The notes under the pieces are model-generated. The model searched no databases and had not been told where the DNA came from. It was given only the letters and a program-made list of their open reading frames with translations. Source: Scyliorhinus canicula (Eukaryota). From it: a stretch of 64,000 nucleotides of DNA. The position numbers and the translations under genes were made by a program. Location of the stretch: contig NC_052162.1 in assembly GCF_902713615.1 (NCBI RefSeq), forward strand, positions 99,272,559 to 99,336,558. The letters are read 5' to 3'. Of the stretch, positions 51,031 to 62,565 are shown one piece after another (position 1 is the stretch's first letter; each line of letters starts with the position of its first letter).

Positions 51031-51082
51031 CAAGGGTGAAGTGGAAGACATTCTCCAGGCTGCAGATAATTGTCACCAGCAT
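51031..51082 (-). CDS. Probable first coding exon of the NIPA2-like gene (MLVTIICSLENVFHFTL)
   Basis: ATG at 51082 with an upstream in-frame stop; phase-1 donor G|gtaggt matches the phase the next exon needs; no recognisable homology, so tentative. Confidence 0.45.
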
Positions 51083-51239
51083 ACGTCAGGAATTCAGTTC
51101 CACCAACTGGAATTGCAACCCCACCTCCTCCTCCTCCTCCACGAGGGAGCTGCGAGGCAAACTGACGGAGAGCACCTCAATTTCCTCACTCAGGCTCTAC
51201 CTGTCACTTGCACTCTTCTAACCAGGGCCCTACTGGCTC

Positions 51240-51772
51240 TCTGCTAACTCCGCCCCCACTGGTACACTGCTAATTCTGCCCCCACTGGATCACCGCTAAC
51301 TCTGCTCTCACTGGATCACCGCTAACGCCCATCCCCACTGGCACCATTCTAACCTCCCCCCACTGGCACCCTGCTAACCCAGTCCCCGTTGGCACCCTGT
51401 TAACCTTGCACACACACTGGCACCCTGATAACCCTACTCCTGTTGGCACTCCAATAACCCCGCTCGCACTGGCACTGAACTAATCCCTCCCACACTGGCA
51501 CCTAACCCTGCCCACACTGGCACCCTACTGACCCTGCCCCACTGCTAACCCCACCCCGCTGGATCCCTGCTAACCTCGCCCCCCACTGTCACTCTGCTAA
51601 CCCCGCCCCACTAGATCCTAGCTAATCTCGCCCCCCTCCCCACTGGTTCTTTGCTAACCCCGCCCACACTGGCATCCTTCTAACCCCGCCCCCCACTGGC
51701 ACCCTGTTAACCCCCACCCCCACTGGCACCCTGCCAAACCCCACCCCCACTGGCACCCTGCTAACCCCCACT
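51240..51772. repeat. C-rich about 24-nt degenerate minisatellite (ccccactggcaccctgctaacccc) next to the promoter
   Basis: About 20 degenerate units. Confidence 0.85.
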
Positions 51773-51784
51773 ATCTCTTTCTCT

Positions 51785-51990
51785 CTGGTCCCGCGCTGAT
51801 TCCGGTCCCGCTTCCCTTTCCGGTCCGTCACCTTCACTGTTCGCCCTCCTCCCAATCCGAAACCATTTTCTCCGCGCTGTGCAGCGGCTTCCCCGGTCAC
51901 TTCCGGTACTCAACTAGGCCGAAGCGGCAGGAAACAGAGTGCGGCTGGTCCGTCCCGGTCCCTTCCCCCGGGCCCGGAATCTCTCCTTGG
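51785..51990. promoter_or_regulatory. CpG-rich putative bidirectional promoter shared by the NIPA2-like gene (-) and TAF7/TAF7L (+)
   Basis: Dense CpG; ETS/GABP-type TTCCGG sites at about 51800, 51818 and CACTTCCGGT at 51898-51907; CCAAT at about 51852; YY1-like ccatttt at 51863; lies between two divergent genes. Confidence 0.65.
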
Positions 51991-52063
51991 CTTCATCCTC
52001 TGTTCTGTTCTCATTCCAGTTACAGTCTCTGATCCCGATGGATTAACGGCCAAGCCTGTGAAT

Positions 52064-52103
52064 ATGGATAAGAAAGGATCAATATCCTGGAAAAAAATGA
52101 CAG
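52064..52103 (+). CDS. TAF7: Probable TAF7/TAF7L start exon (ATG at 52097, MT; in-frame upstream ATG at 52064)
   Basis: atg aca g|gtggga gives the phase-1 junction required by the next exon, yielding MTAKGQKQGSKNKEDAPHE, similar to recalled fish Taf7 N-termini; possible acceptor at 52019. Confidence 0.5.
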
Positions 52104-52199
52104 GTGGGAATGCTCACAATCTCCCAGTTAACTCAAACTATCTGTTCCTGAAATCCCAGTTAACACAACCGCAGTCAGTCCAAACTCGACCACAGCTTT

Positions 52200-53600
52200 T
52201 AGAAAATATAATAAAGTTAATGGTCACTTGGATGAATGTGGATTAATTAATGAAAAGGGACATGGATTAGTTAAAGGCAAATCATTTTTAAACTGCGAAG
52301 AGTGTAGAACTTAAAAGTACTTTGACAAATTTGTGGAGTGGGCAGATAGGTGGCAGATGTGTGGAGAAGTGTAAGGTAATGCATTTTGATAGGAAGGATT
52401 TAAGAGAGATTATATAAAATCTGGGCCAAAACTCTTAAAGGGTGCAGCAGCAGAGGGACCTGGATGTATACGTGCACAGATCATTGCAGTGGTAGGTCAG
52501 ATGGAGAGAGCAGTTAATAAAGCGTTTATTATTCTGGGCTCCATTAATGGGTTCCGAAACTACAAGGATAAGGAGGTTACACTGAACCTGTACAAGACCC
52601 TAGTTAGACCTCAGCTAGAATATTGTGTAGAGTTCTGGGCGGCACATTATCGGAAGGTTGTGAACATATTGGAGAGAGTGCAGAGAGGTTTACAAGAATG
52701 GTTCTAGAAATGAGAAATTTCAGTTATGAGGGTAAGTTGATGTTGGGACTGTTCTCCTTGGACAGAGGAAGGCTAAGAGGAGATTTGATAATGATGTTCA
52801 AAATGATGAGGAAGGCTGGACAGAGTACATAGAACATACAGAGATGGGGAGAAACTTCCCACTAGAAAAAGGATCAAGAATGAGAGGGCAGAGATTTAAA
52901 GTGAAGAAGCGAATGCGAACTGAGAAAAAACTTCACACCGCGAGTGGTTGGGGTCTGGAATACATTGTCTGGGAGTGTGGCGGATGCAGATTCAATCAAG
53001 GCATTCAAGAAGGCATCAGATGATTACTTAACTATTAGCAATGTGCAGGGGTATGGGGAAATACAGAGGAATGATAAACAGCTATAATGCTAGTTTGGAG
53101 AGCCAGTGCAGACATAATGGCCCTAACAATTTTGTGATTTAACTAACTTGATAAAGTGCCACATAAAGAGCTCCTCGGCAAATTTGAAGCCTATGGAATA
53201 AAATGGACAGTAGCAGCATAGATACGAAGCTGACTGACAGGGAACAGAGAGACACGAAGAACAGTTGTTGTTCAGACTGGATGAAGGGATATTGTAGAGT
53301 TCCCTTCGGACCGATATAAGGAGCAATGCTTTTTTAGCCAAGATTAACATTTACCAGGCTGGTTAAATGGGCAGGCACATGACAGATGGAATTTAGGAAG
53401 GCTGTAGTCAGGCAAGACAAAATAGGCTAAAATTTTGAAAGCAGCTGCAGGAGCAGAGTGACTGGACATCTTGGGCTTTGAGGTACTATGTAACAGCAAA
53501 GATGTTGTGATGAACCTTTATAAAACTCTGGTTTCTTGTGCCCAGTACATCAGAAAAGATATAGGCTTTTGAAAATATGCAGAAAAGATTTAAAATCATA
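52200..53600 (+). mobile_element. Decayed CR1 3' fragments
   Basis: LYKTLVRPQLEYCVEFW, RGRLRGDLI motifs. Confidence 0.8.
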
Positions 53601-54044
53601 GAATGGTCAGAGCACTGAGGAAGACCATTCAGCCCATTAAGTTTATGATGGCACTCCAGCAAAGCTACTCGGTTAGTCCCACTTCTCTGCCTTTTCCCTG
53701 TATTGGATAATTACTTAAAGAGAAAGATTTAAAAAACAATTAGGGAAAAGGCTGGGTGTGGAACTGGCCCAGTAGCGCTTGCGGGGAGTGGACACAGCCT
53801 GATGGATGGAATGACCTCTTGTGCTGTAACTATTTCATAATTCTAATGCTGGCCTAGCAACAGGAGAAATGGGGGCAGGGCGGGCGGGGGGGGGGGGGGG
53901 GTGTAGAGGGACAGAAAGCAGCTGTAAACGCTGAGAAGATTCAAATAAGGTTTGTCTGTAGGCTGTCTCTACTGTGGCTGATTTAACCACTGTCTGCTTT
54001 CAGCAATAACTGTTCTTGTTTCTGGGACTCTTGTCCGTGTTGTG

Positions 54045-54425
54045 ACCCTGTTGGTAGCACTCTCATCTCTGACTCACAAGGTCCTGGGTTTAATTCCCAC
54101 TTGAGCACTTAAGCACAAAAATTAAACCTGACACTCCGATGCAGTTTTGGACTTTCAAATGAGACATTAAACCAAGATCCCACCTACCCTTGGGTGGACA
54201 TCAAAGATCCCATGGTATTATTTTGAAGAGCAGGAGAGTTATCGTCAGAGTCTTGACCAATCTTTTCCTCAGAAAACAGATTACCTATCTGGTCACTTAC
54301 ACAACGCTGTGGCAGACAATTGCTGCCGTGTTTCCTATGTTACAATAGTGGCTACAGTTCAAAGGCACTTCATTGACTGCAAAGTTCTTTGAGATGCCCT
54401 ATGATTGTGAAAAATGCCATTAGGA
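54045..54425 (+). mobile_element. Old DeuSINE-like element (SacSINE1-type); partial copy at about 58300-58500
   Basis: tRNA-like head plus gagacattaaacc...aaagatcccatgg...gaagagcaggagagtt, resembling the recalled Deu-domain. Confidence 0.6.
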
Positions 54426-57400
54426 AGATGGTGTCGTGGATCTGAAAAAATACTCTTTGTGACCATTAGAAAAGATAAGATTCCATCCGAAGTTCTCAGC
54501 ATGGCTTCCAAGAAACGTCTTTCAAACTTGCCAGAGTTTTTCTTTGAAGAATTGAAGCATGTTATTGGATAAGGATAATATGTTAGATTTTGTTCCTTTC
54601 AGACTTTCAGAAAACCTTTGTTTGGTACCTCGTGTTCACTGCCCTGAATCAGTAATTGGCCCCAATTCCACAGGCATAAAATTATAGTCAATGGTCATGA
54701 ATAAACTAAGAGGCATAGGTGATTAGTAATCACCCCCTGGGATAATTGTTGGACCCTTACCCATCACTGTTTTCATGATGGCCTTTACAATGGATGGGGG
54801 AGAGGGGGAAACTGGATTCCATTATTTTTCAAGTCATCTGTCCCAGAGCAGAGGTGTTTTAATTTTTGTAATAGACTGGTGTGTTTCACTGAACCCTCTG
54901 TTTGTGAAGTCAATTTTTAAAGTGAGTCGTAACCAACTCTCTTTCGGGTTAAATCAGAAGTATTGTTTATTCATACATTCAAACCCCATGATGGTTGGCA
55001 CAACAACATATGCACATGAGCACACAAGAAGGACATAGAAAAGAAAAGAGTTTTCCAACTAGGAATAACTTAAAATAAAACAAATTAAAGATTTGGATAT
55101 TAATTCACATGAATTTTGGAGAGTCCAACGAGGATCCCTTCACATAGGAGTTAAAGCTCAAGTGAGCAGGAGTTGCAGAATGCCTTCAAAGTTTGTGATG
55201 GTGCAGCTACATGATGTTAGTATCCAGAGACTTGATCCACCCAGCAGCCAATGACAGAAACCTTTCAGACAGCCAGGCTTCCAAGAGTTTTAGACTTCAG
55301 GCAGGCTTTGTTGTCAACCCAGAGTCCTGCTTTGGTGTTGATGGGCTGGATTTTAGCAGCAGACTGCCCTGGGGTCCAGGAATGTAATAAGAACGAACAA
55401 AGAAAAGTGCAGCATATAGAACATACAGTGCAGAAGGAGGCCATTCAGCCCATCAAGTCTGCACCGACCCACTTAAACCCTCACCCACCCTATCCCGGTA
55501 ACCCACTAACCCCTCCTAACCTTTTTTGGTCACTAAGGGCAATTTATCATGGCCAATCCACCTAATCTGCATACCTTTGGACTGTGGGAGGAAACCGGAG
55601 CACCCGGAGGAAACCCACGCAGACACAGGGAGAACGTGCAGACTCCGCACAGACAGTGACCCAGCAGGGAATTGAAGCTGGGACCCTGGCGCTGTGAAGC
55701 TACAGTGCTAATCACATGTGCTACTGTGCAGCACGGGAACAGGTCCTTCAGCCCTCCAAGCCGGCGCCAACCATGCTGCCCATCTCGCCTAAAACCTACA
55801 TTCCCTGGGTCCATATTCCTCTATTCCCATCCTATTCATTTGTCAAGACTCCCCTTAAACGTCACTATCGTACCTGCTTCCACCACCTCCCCTGACAGCG
55901 CGTTCTAGGTACCCGCTACCTTCTGTTTAAAAAAGACTTCCCTCGTACATCTCTAAACTTTTGTCCCTTACACCTTAAACCAATGTCCCCTAGTAATTGA
56001 CGCTTCCACCCTGGTAAAAAGCTTCTGACTATCCGTTCTGTCCACGCTCCTCATAATTTTGTTGACTTCTATCAGGTCGCCCCTTAACCTCCGTCATTCC
56101 AGTGAGAACAAACCGGGTTTATCCAACCTCTCCTTACAGCTAATGCCCTCCTTACCAGGCAAGATCCTGGTAAACCTCTACTGTACCCTCTCCAAAGCCT
56201 TCACATCCTTCTGGTAGTGTGTCCCATCATTTAAATTTTCCAAAAGCCAAAGGAGCTTAGGTCTTGAGAGATTTTGTATAGATGCACCAGTTTCATATTC
56301 TATGCCTCTAGTTAAAATCCATTGTTCACCTTGGGAGATGTATGGTGGCAATAGCGTCTCCACAGATATAATGAGTTTTGATGGCTCTGTTATAAATCCA
56401 GGCTGGGGAGAGAGATTGTCTACTGCTGCCTTGTTTTATTGATTGTTATTGACCCACATAATGAAAGATATGAGACTCCACAAGGATGAGAATTAGTCTT
56501 TGCCTTCTAATTATTATAATAGAATAAATCCATAGAATTCCCAGTGCAGAAAGAGGCCATTCGGCAAATCGGGTCTGCATCGACCCTCTGAAAGAGCACC
56601 CTGCCTTCCCACCCTATTATCATGACCCTATAACCCCATCTAAACTCCACATCTTTGGACTGTTGGAAGCATTGGAAGTTTCCAGAATGTAGCCAACCTG
56701 CAAATTATGTGACAAGCAGCCTTTTTCTTAGTTCTGCAAAGTCCATTTTTAAATAGGCTGAAAGTAAGATTTAATTTGAACAGTTTATGATTGCTTTTAT
56801 GTCTTACGGACATGGCACTATGATTGCTACTAATTACAGTTACATAGGGTGGAGATTAACTCGGAGATAGGTGGCGTTGGGGGGGGTTGGTGGTTTGAAA
56901 TCAAAATTTTTGAAGAATGGACGTCCCACAGGTTCTGCCACATTTAAAGTTAATGGCGGTATCCAGTTAACTGTTTCCAGACTGCAACAAGCCAGATTGA
57001 GCGGTTACTTAGCAGTTGGACAGGTGAGCCAGTGGCACTCCGTGAAGAGAGAGGGATCAGAAAAGGTGGTAGTGGGGTAATTGAGTGGAGGCCAGGGGCA
57101 AGATCAGGATCTGGAGGTTAGGGGAGATTGGAAGGACTGTGAGAGAGATTGGAAGATAGTGTGGAGTGGAGTGGGATTGATATGGTGTTCAATTGTGGGC
57201 GGTGTTGAAGCAGATATACTGAATCCAATAAATAAGTGGAAGATGCTTTACTCTTGGAAGCAGCCGTCTTTGTTTCTCTTTAGCCATTAGAGTTCCCGAG
57301 ACTCAGAAACTTCAACCAGGGTTAAGTCTAAAACGGTTGTTAAGTGCTCCCTGGTCACATTATAATATCTAAATTGCCAACCTGGCCTCTTGGGAGTGGC

Positions 57401-58718
57401 TTTGTCAGCCACCCCCTGTAATATCCTCTGTTCAAATCAGAAGTGGGTATTTTGGGGTTGGGCTGGAGATTTTTAACATTTTAACATCCCATTGAATGAA
57501 CACCACTTGTTAAAAGTCCCCTCTAAGGGCAGCACGGTGGCGCAGTGGGTTAGCCCTGCTGCCTCATGGTGCCGAGGTCCCAGGCTCGATCCCGGCTCTG
57601 GGTCACTGTCTGTGTGGAATTTGCACATTCTCCCGTGCTGTGTGGATTTCACCGCCACAACCCAAAGATGTGCAGGAGAGGTGGATTGAACACGTTAAAT
57701 TGCCCCTTAATTGGGAAAAAATTAATTGGGTACTCTAAATTTTTTTTTTAAAAGTCCCCTCTGGATGGGTCCTGGTGGCTAGTTTTCACCAGAACTTCAT
57801 TTCAGTTACACATCTGGTTAATTTGTTTTTTTGTTGGAATTCATTAGGAGAGGAGAGGTAATGCTAAAATGCTATTAGCTAGGGTGTTAGGGCAGCACGG
57901 TATCATAGTGGTTAGCACTATAGCTTCACAGCGCCAAAGTCCCAGGTTCAATTCCCTGCTTGGGTCACTGTCTGCATATTCTCCCTGTGTCTGCTTGGGT
58001 TTCCTCCGGGTGCCCCGGTTTCCTCCCACAAGTTTCGAAAGACCTGCTTGTTAGGTAATTTGGACATTCTGAATTCTCCCTCTGTGTATCCGAACAGGTG
58101 CCGGAATTTGGTGACTAGGGGATTTTTACAGTGACTTCATTGCAGTGTTAATGTAAGCCTATTCGTGACAAAATAAAGATTATTATTGTTATATTATTTC
58201 CTGGTTTTGAATCACAGAATACTGTAAATTTCTGAAGCTGTATTGCTGGCCTTCACACCCTCTCTGTGATTTCTTTCAAAAATATGTGGGACTATTATTG
58301 GGTGAAATTCAGGGGAGTTCTCCTGGTGTCCTGGCCAACGTTCATTCTTGAACTAGCATTCCTAAAACTACTCATTGTTTTGGGAGCTTGTTGTGCTTAA
58401 GTTGGCTGCAGATTCTTACATTTCAGATGTGACAATGTTTCAAATATACTTCATGGGCAGAGATGCGCCTTGGAGGTTGCAAAAACGTGCTACATAAATG
58501 GAGAGTTGTACATTCACATTTTCATAGAACAGTACAGCACAGAGCAGGCCCTTCGGCCCTCAGTAGTACATGCACACACCCCAGCAAGGTTTGGTGCTTA
58601 TTTGTAGACCAGAACTATAAATTGTCTCAGCTTTCTCTCTCTCACATTCCTTCTCATACTCGTTCCATTGACAGTGGGTTTTAGGCTAATCTAGCTCCAT
58701 TCCTCTTTCATCTTGCAG

Positions 58719-58801
58719 CAAAAGGACAGAAACAGGGTTCGAAGAACAAAGAAGATGCGCCTCACGAGTTAGAGAGCCAGTGCATTCTGAGGCTGCCATC
58801 G
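58719..58801 (+). CDS. TAF7: TAF7/TAF7L exon (KGQKQGSKNKEDAPHELESQCILRLPS)
   Basis: tcttgcag acceptor, G|gtaaga donor; matches TAF7 SKDDAPHELESQFILRLP. Confidence 0.93.
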
Positions 58802-59942
58802 GTAAGATTTTCACATTTTCTTCAGTAACGTGGGTTCAGGATCTCGTGTCAAGGTTGGGGGTGAAAATTCAGATTTCGAACAATCTTTGATATGGTCTGA
58901 GCAAAAAAAATTAAAAATAAAGACTGCAGGCTTTGGTTGAAGATCTGAAACAGAAAATTATGCAGTGGTAAGATTTACCCACATACAAAGAGTCCATTCG
59001 GCCCATTGTGCCTGTGCTGTTTTGTTGAAAAAGCTATTCAATTAAATCTCATTCTCTCTGTTCTTTCCCCAGAGCCCTGCAAATATTTCTATTTTGCACT
59101 ATATTTAACTGCCTGCTGAGAATTGCTAACAAGTCTGCTTCCACCATCCTGTTAAGCAGCACAAATTCTATGAGTTACAAGAAATAATGAAGAATTTCCA
59201 CTACACTAAGTGTGAAGAAGTGCTTTATGACATTATGCCTGAACAGCCCAACTCTAATTTTAATAAGTGTCCTGTTCTCCAGCAAGACAAAATAGTTTAT
59301 CTCCAAGTATCATTTCTTTAAGAGGATGTTTCCACTTGTAGGAAAAACTAGAACCAGAGGACACAATCTCAGACTAAAGGGACAATCCTTTAAAACAGAG
59401 ATGAGGAGGAATTTCTTCAGCCAGAGGGTGGTGAATCTGTGGAACTTTCTTTGCTGCAGAAGGCTGTGGAGGCCAAATCACTGAGTGTCTTTAAGACAGA
59501 GATAGAGCTTCTTGATAAATAAGGGGATCAGGGGTTATGGAGAGAAGGCAGGAGAATGGGGACGAGAAAAATATCAGCCATGATTGAATGGCGGAGCAGA
59601 CTCGATGGGCCAAGTGGCCTAATTCTGCTCCTATGTCTTTTGGTCTTAATTAGACCATCCCTTAATATGTTATATTCAGGAGAATAAAAATCTAGTCTAT
59701 GCCACCAGTCCTCATAATTGGCCCTTTTTTGCCCTGGTGTCAGTCTGGTGAATCCAGTGCAAGGGTACCTGAACTGAACTGAATACAATGCTCGAAATGG
59801 GACCTAATCAGAGCTCTGTAAAACTGAGGCATCACTTCTATCCCTTTGTATTTCAGCCTCCTTGAGATGAAGGCCAACATTCCATTAGCCTTTTCAAACA
59901 TTTTTTCTATCTGTCCATTAGCTTTTAATGACTTCTGTATTT

Positions 59943-60492
59943 TGTTATGGATCAGGGTTTAGAGAACCCCAAAATGTATCATGGCGTTCATCTGACCCAC
60001 AACTTTTAATAGATTGTGGTACGGGGAGCACACGGCCCACTCTACAGGTGTGGAACAGCAGAAATGGAAAGGTATTTTTTTAAAGCAAAGCAATGTTTTT
60101 CTATGAACTCAAGTTAACCTTTTTAAAACATACAGTAAACATGTTAGCAACCATTAATTCAAATAAAACCCCCAAAGAATACAATACTAAGTCATCCTTA
60201 AACTGTCCTTTTAACATCCATAAGACTTGAAAAATAACTTTTAACAGAAGAACATCAGGTTAAAGTCACTACTGAGAGCAGTTATTAGTTTTAAATCACC
60301 AAAGGATCAATTTACAGTCTTTAGATTACAGAGAGAGACTTTAATACACGTTCTGGTTGTGACTGCAGATATCCAGCTCTAAAAACAAAACTAAAACACA
60401 CCCTGCAGCAAACAGCCTGAAACAAAAGTAAAAAGCTGACAGACAGCCTAGCTCCGCCCACACACTGATAAACACCCATTTCTTAAAGGTGA
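59943..60492. mobile_element. LTR-like fragment inserted in a minus-strand CR1; other LTR-like segments at about 10221-10530, 46020-46760, 54883-55390, 61290-61880
   Basis: Starts tgtta; CR1 sequence resumes on both sides; classification tentative. Confidence 0.45.
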
Positions 60493-60963
60493 CAATTTGA
60501 ACCCCTAAATCTCTGCTCCTCCACAGTTCCTGAAATCTCATGATATATAAAATACTCTGATCTATCTTTTCTGAGTCAAAGTGAATGACTTCAAACTTCC
60601 CCTCAGGAAATGCCACAGTTTCCCCCACTCACTTAATCCATCAGTATCTCAATACAACTTACTGCTTCCCCATCTTCATTATAGGTTGTTCCTCCCATCT
60701 GTATTCCGTTCATCCAATTCAGATAGAACCAGACCGAAAAGCTAATGCTCTGGCACACATCCCTGAGGACACCACCAGCCATATCTTTCCAGTTTGAATC
60801 TATGCTCATTTCCCCTTCTCTCTACTCCAGATCAATTCCCTATCCCAGCCAATAGGTTGTCTCCAATTCCAATCATTCTTGTGTTTGTTGCAATGTGTGG
60901 AAGTGCCATGTGGCCAGCTGGATAGGTCCGGTAGATTTTCTAGTCCGTGTTTTTTCTTTGCAG

Positions 60964-61042
60964 GATCATGCAGCTACTGTGCGGAGAGCTGTTCAGTCTG
61001 GAAATGTCAACCTCCGGGACCGACTGACCATCGAGTTGCATC
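60964..61042 (+). CDS. TAF7: TAF7/TAF7L exon (DHAATVRRAVQSGNVNLRDRLTIELH)
   Basis: tttgcag acceptor, C|gtgagt donor; matches TAF7 EYASTVRRAVQSGHVNLKDRLTIELH. Confidence 0.95.
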
Positions 61043-62139
61043 GTGAGTGCTTTGGCCAAATGTGTTCTTAATCACTCATCATAATTTCCCATCTGTGCTG
61101 TGCTTTTTAAGGCCGATTCTGTCAATCTCACAAAGGAGTTTTTCTTCCCTCTGCTGTTACAAGGATCCCTTCTGCTGTTACAAGGATCTCTTTGGTTGTT
61201 TTGCTGTGTGCTATTAACTCCTTCCTTTGTGAGCTGTTAAACCACAAAGGGTTTTACAGGCAAGCATGTCCTGATTTTTGTGCTTTTCCTCTTTCTCACA
61301 AAATAACCGGAGGAGTCTCAGGCACAGAACAATAGTTTATTGACCTACACGTTGGGAGAGCCCAGCTTCAGAAATGGACCTCCAGAGCTGACTCTGCCCA
61401 ACCCATGGAATCAAGTAACATTTATACAGAGCTGATTACGTAGGCAAGAATATTGTTTACATTGGATCATGTCTGTTTTAAATGTTACATTAAATATGTT
61501 ATGTATGTGCACTCAAGCAGAGTGAGTGGTATCTACCATTCATTTTTCTATTGATCTCTCCCTAACCTCCCTACTTGGTGCCGGACCCGATAGATGTGTC
61601 TGGTCCTTGGGTCGAGTTAGAAAAATGTTTATGCTGACTGCTGTAAATTGTGTCTTAAGAACAAACTTTTTAAGTTCACTGAAATCTGGTTTAGCTGGAA
61701 CATGTTGCTAGACCTTATGCTAACTGTTGTAGATGGTGCCCCGTCAGCTGTTAGCTGACATCTTTATGAAAATTGCTTTAGTACACTGTACCACACTATT
61801 TGGATTCCAAATCCCTAAGAATAAGTGCTAATTGTCCTAATAAATTGTTGTTAATGAATCCTAATCATTTGTCTTCCCACAACACTGACGTACATCTAGT
61901 TCCAGTGGGGCTGGAGTTTTGGGTGGAAATTCTGACTGAGATTGCATTGTCCCTTTAACAATTGTAGCTCTCCTGATTCAGAGTGGCTAACTCGGTGCAA
62001 TGTGGTGATCCAACCCAAGATTTTCCTGATTAACTGCCCCACAACACTACAGACTCCACTTAACAACTCAGACTATTCAATAACTACCTGTCAAAATCGT
62101 CGGTGGTAGTACAGGACTTAAGTATGGCTGGGAAATGAG

Positions 62140-62565
62140 ACCATTTTTGTCAAAACCTTTCATCTTGCACTCATCAAATCAATTCCTAAGAATATCAAAT
62201 GTAAAGGGAACAAAATTGACACTGTATGAGAAGACACGGTGCATTGGTTGGCAAGTGGCCTCTGATTGGTAGGGGCATTGCCATGTAAAATCCACCAATT
62301 GATGGTGATTGACAGTTAACTGCCATTTATTGTTTGAAATTTTAACCAGTTAGTTTGACTCTGATTGTTCAAGGCATTGCCCTGAGGAAAGAAGACAGAA
62401 AGAACAGTACATGCATTTTGTCTGTTTCAGCTATACAAAATAAATGACAGCCATTCACTGGTTCATTTTCAACCAATCAGCAGTCTCTTCTCATACAGTA
62501 TAAATTGTTGGTCCCTTGAAAGTGGCATTCTTGCAAATTGTCATGAAGAGTGCAAGATATTTTTC
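62140..62565. mobile_element. Inverted-repeat element, probably Penelope-like-derived
   Basis: About 90-nt imperfect inverted arms (62160-62250 vs 62470-62560) ending in (C)TGANGAG-TGCAAGA motifs. Confidence 0.55.

Noticed and set aside
51240-51772. Interstitial telomeric repeat (ctaaccc motifs)
   Set aside because: The motif is gctaaccc inside a 24-nt unit, not tandem TTAGGG
54501-54520. Alternative TAF7 start atggcttccaagaaac (MASKK)
   Set aside because: No credible donor follows (gtcttt) and the context is decayed repeat; the 52097 ATG fits better
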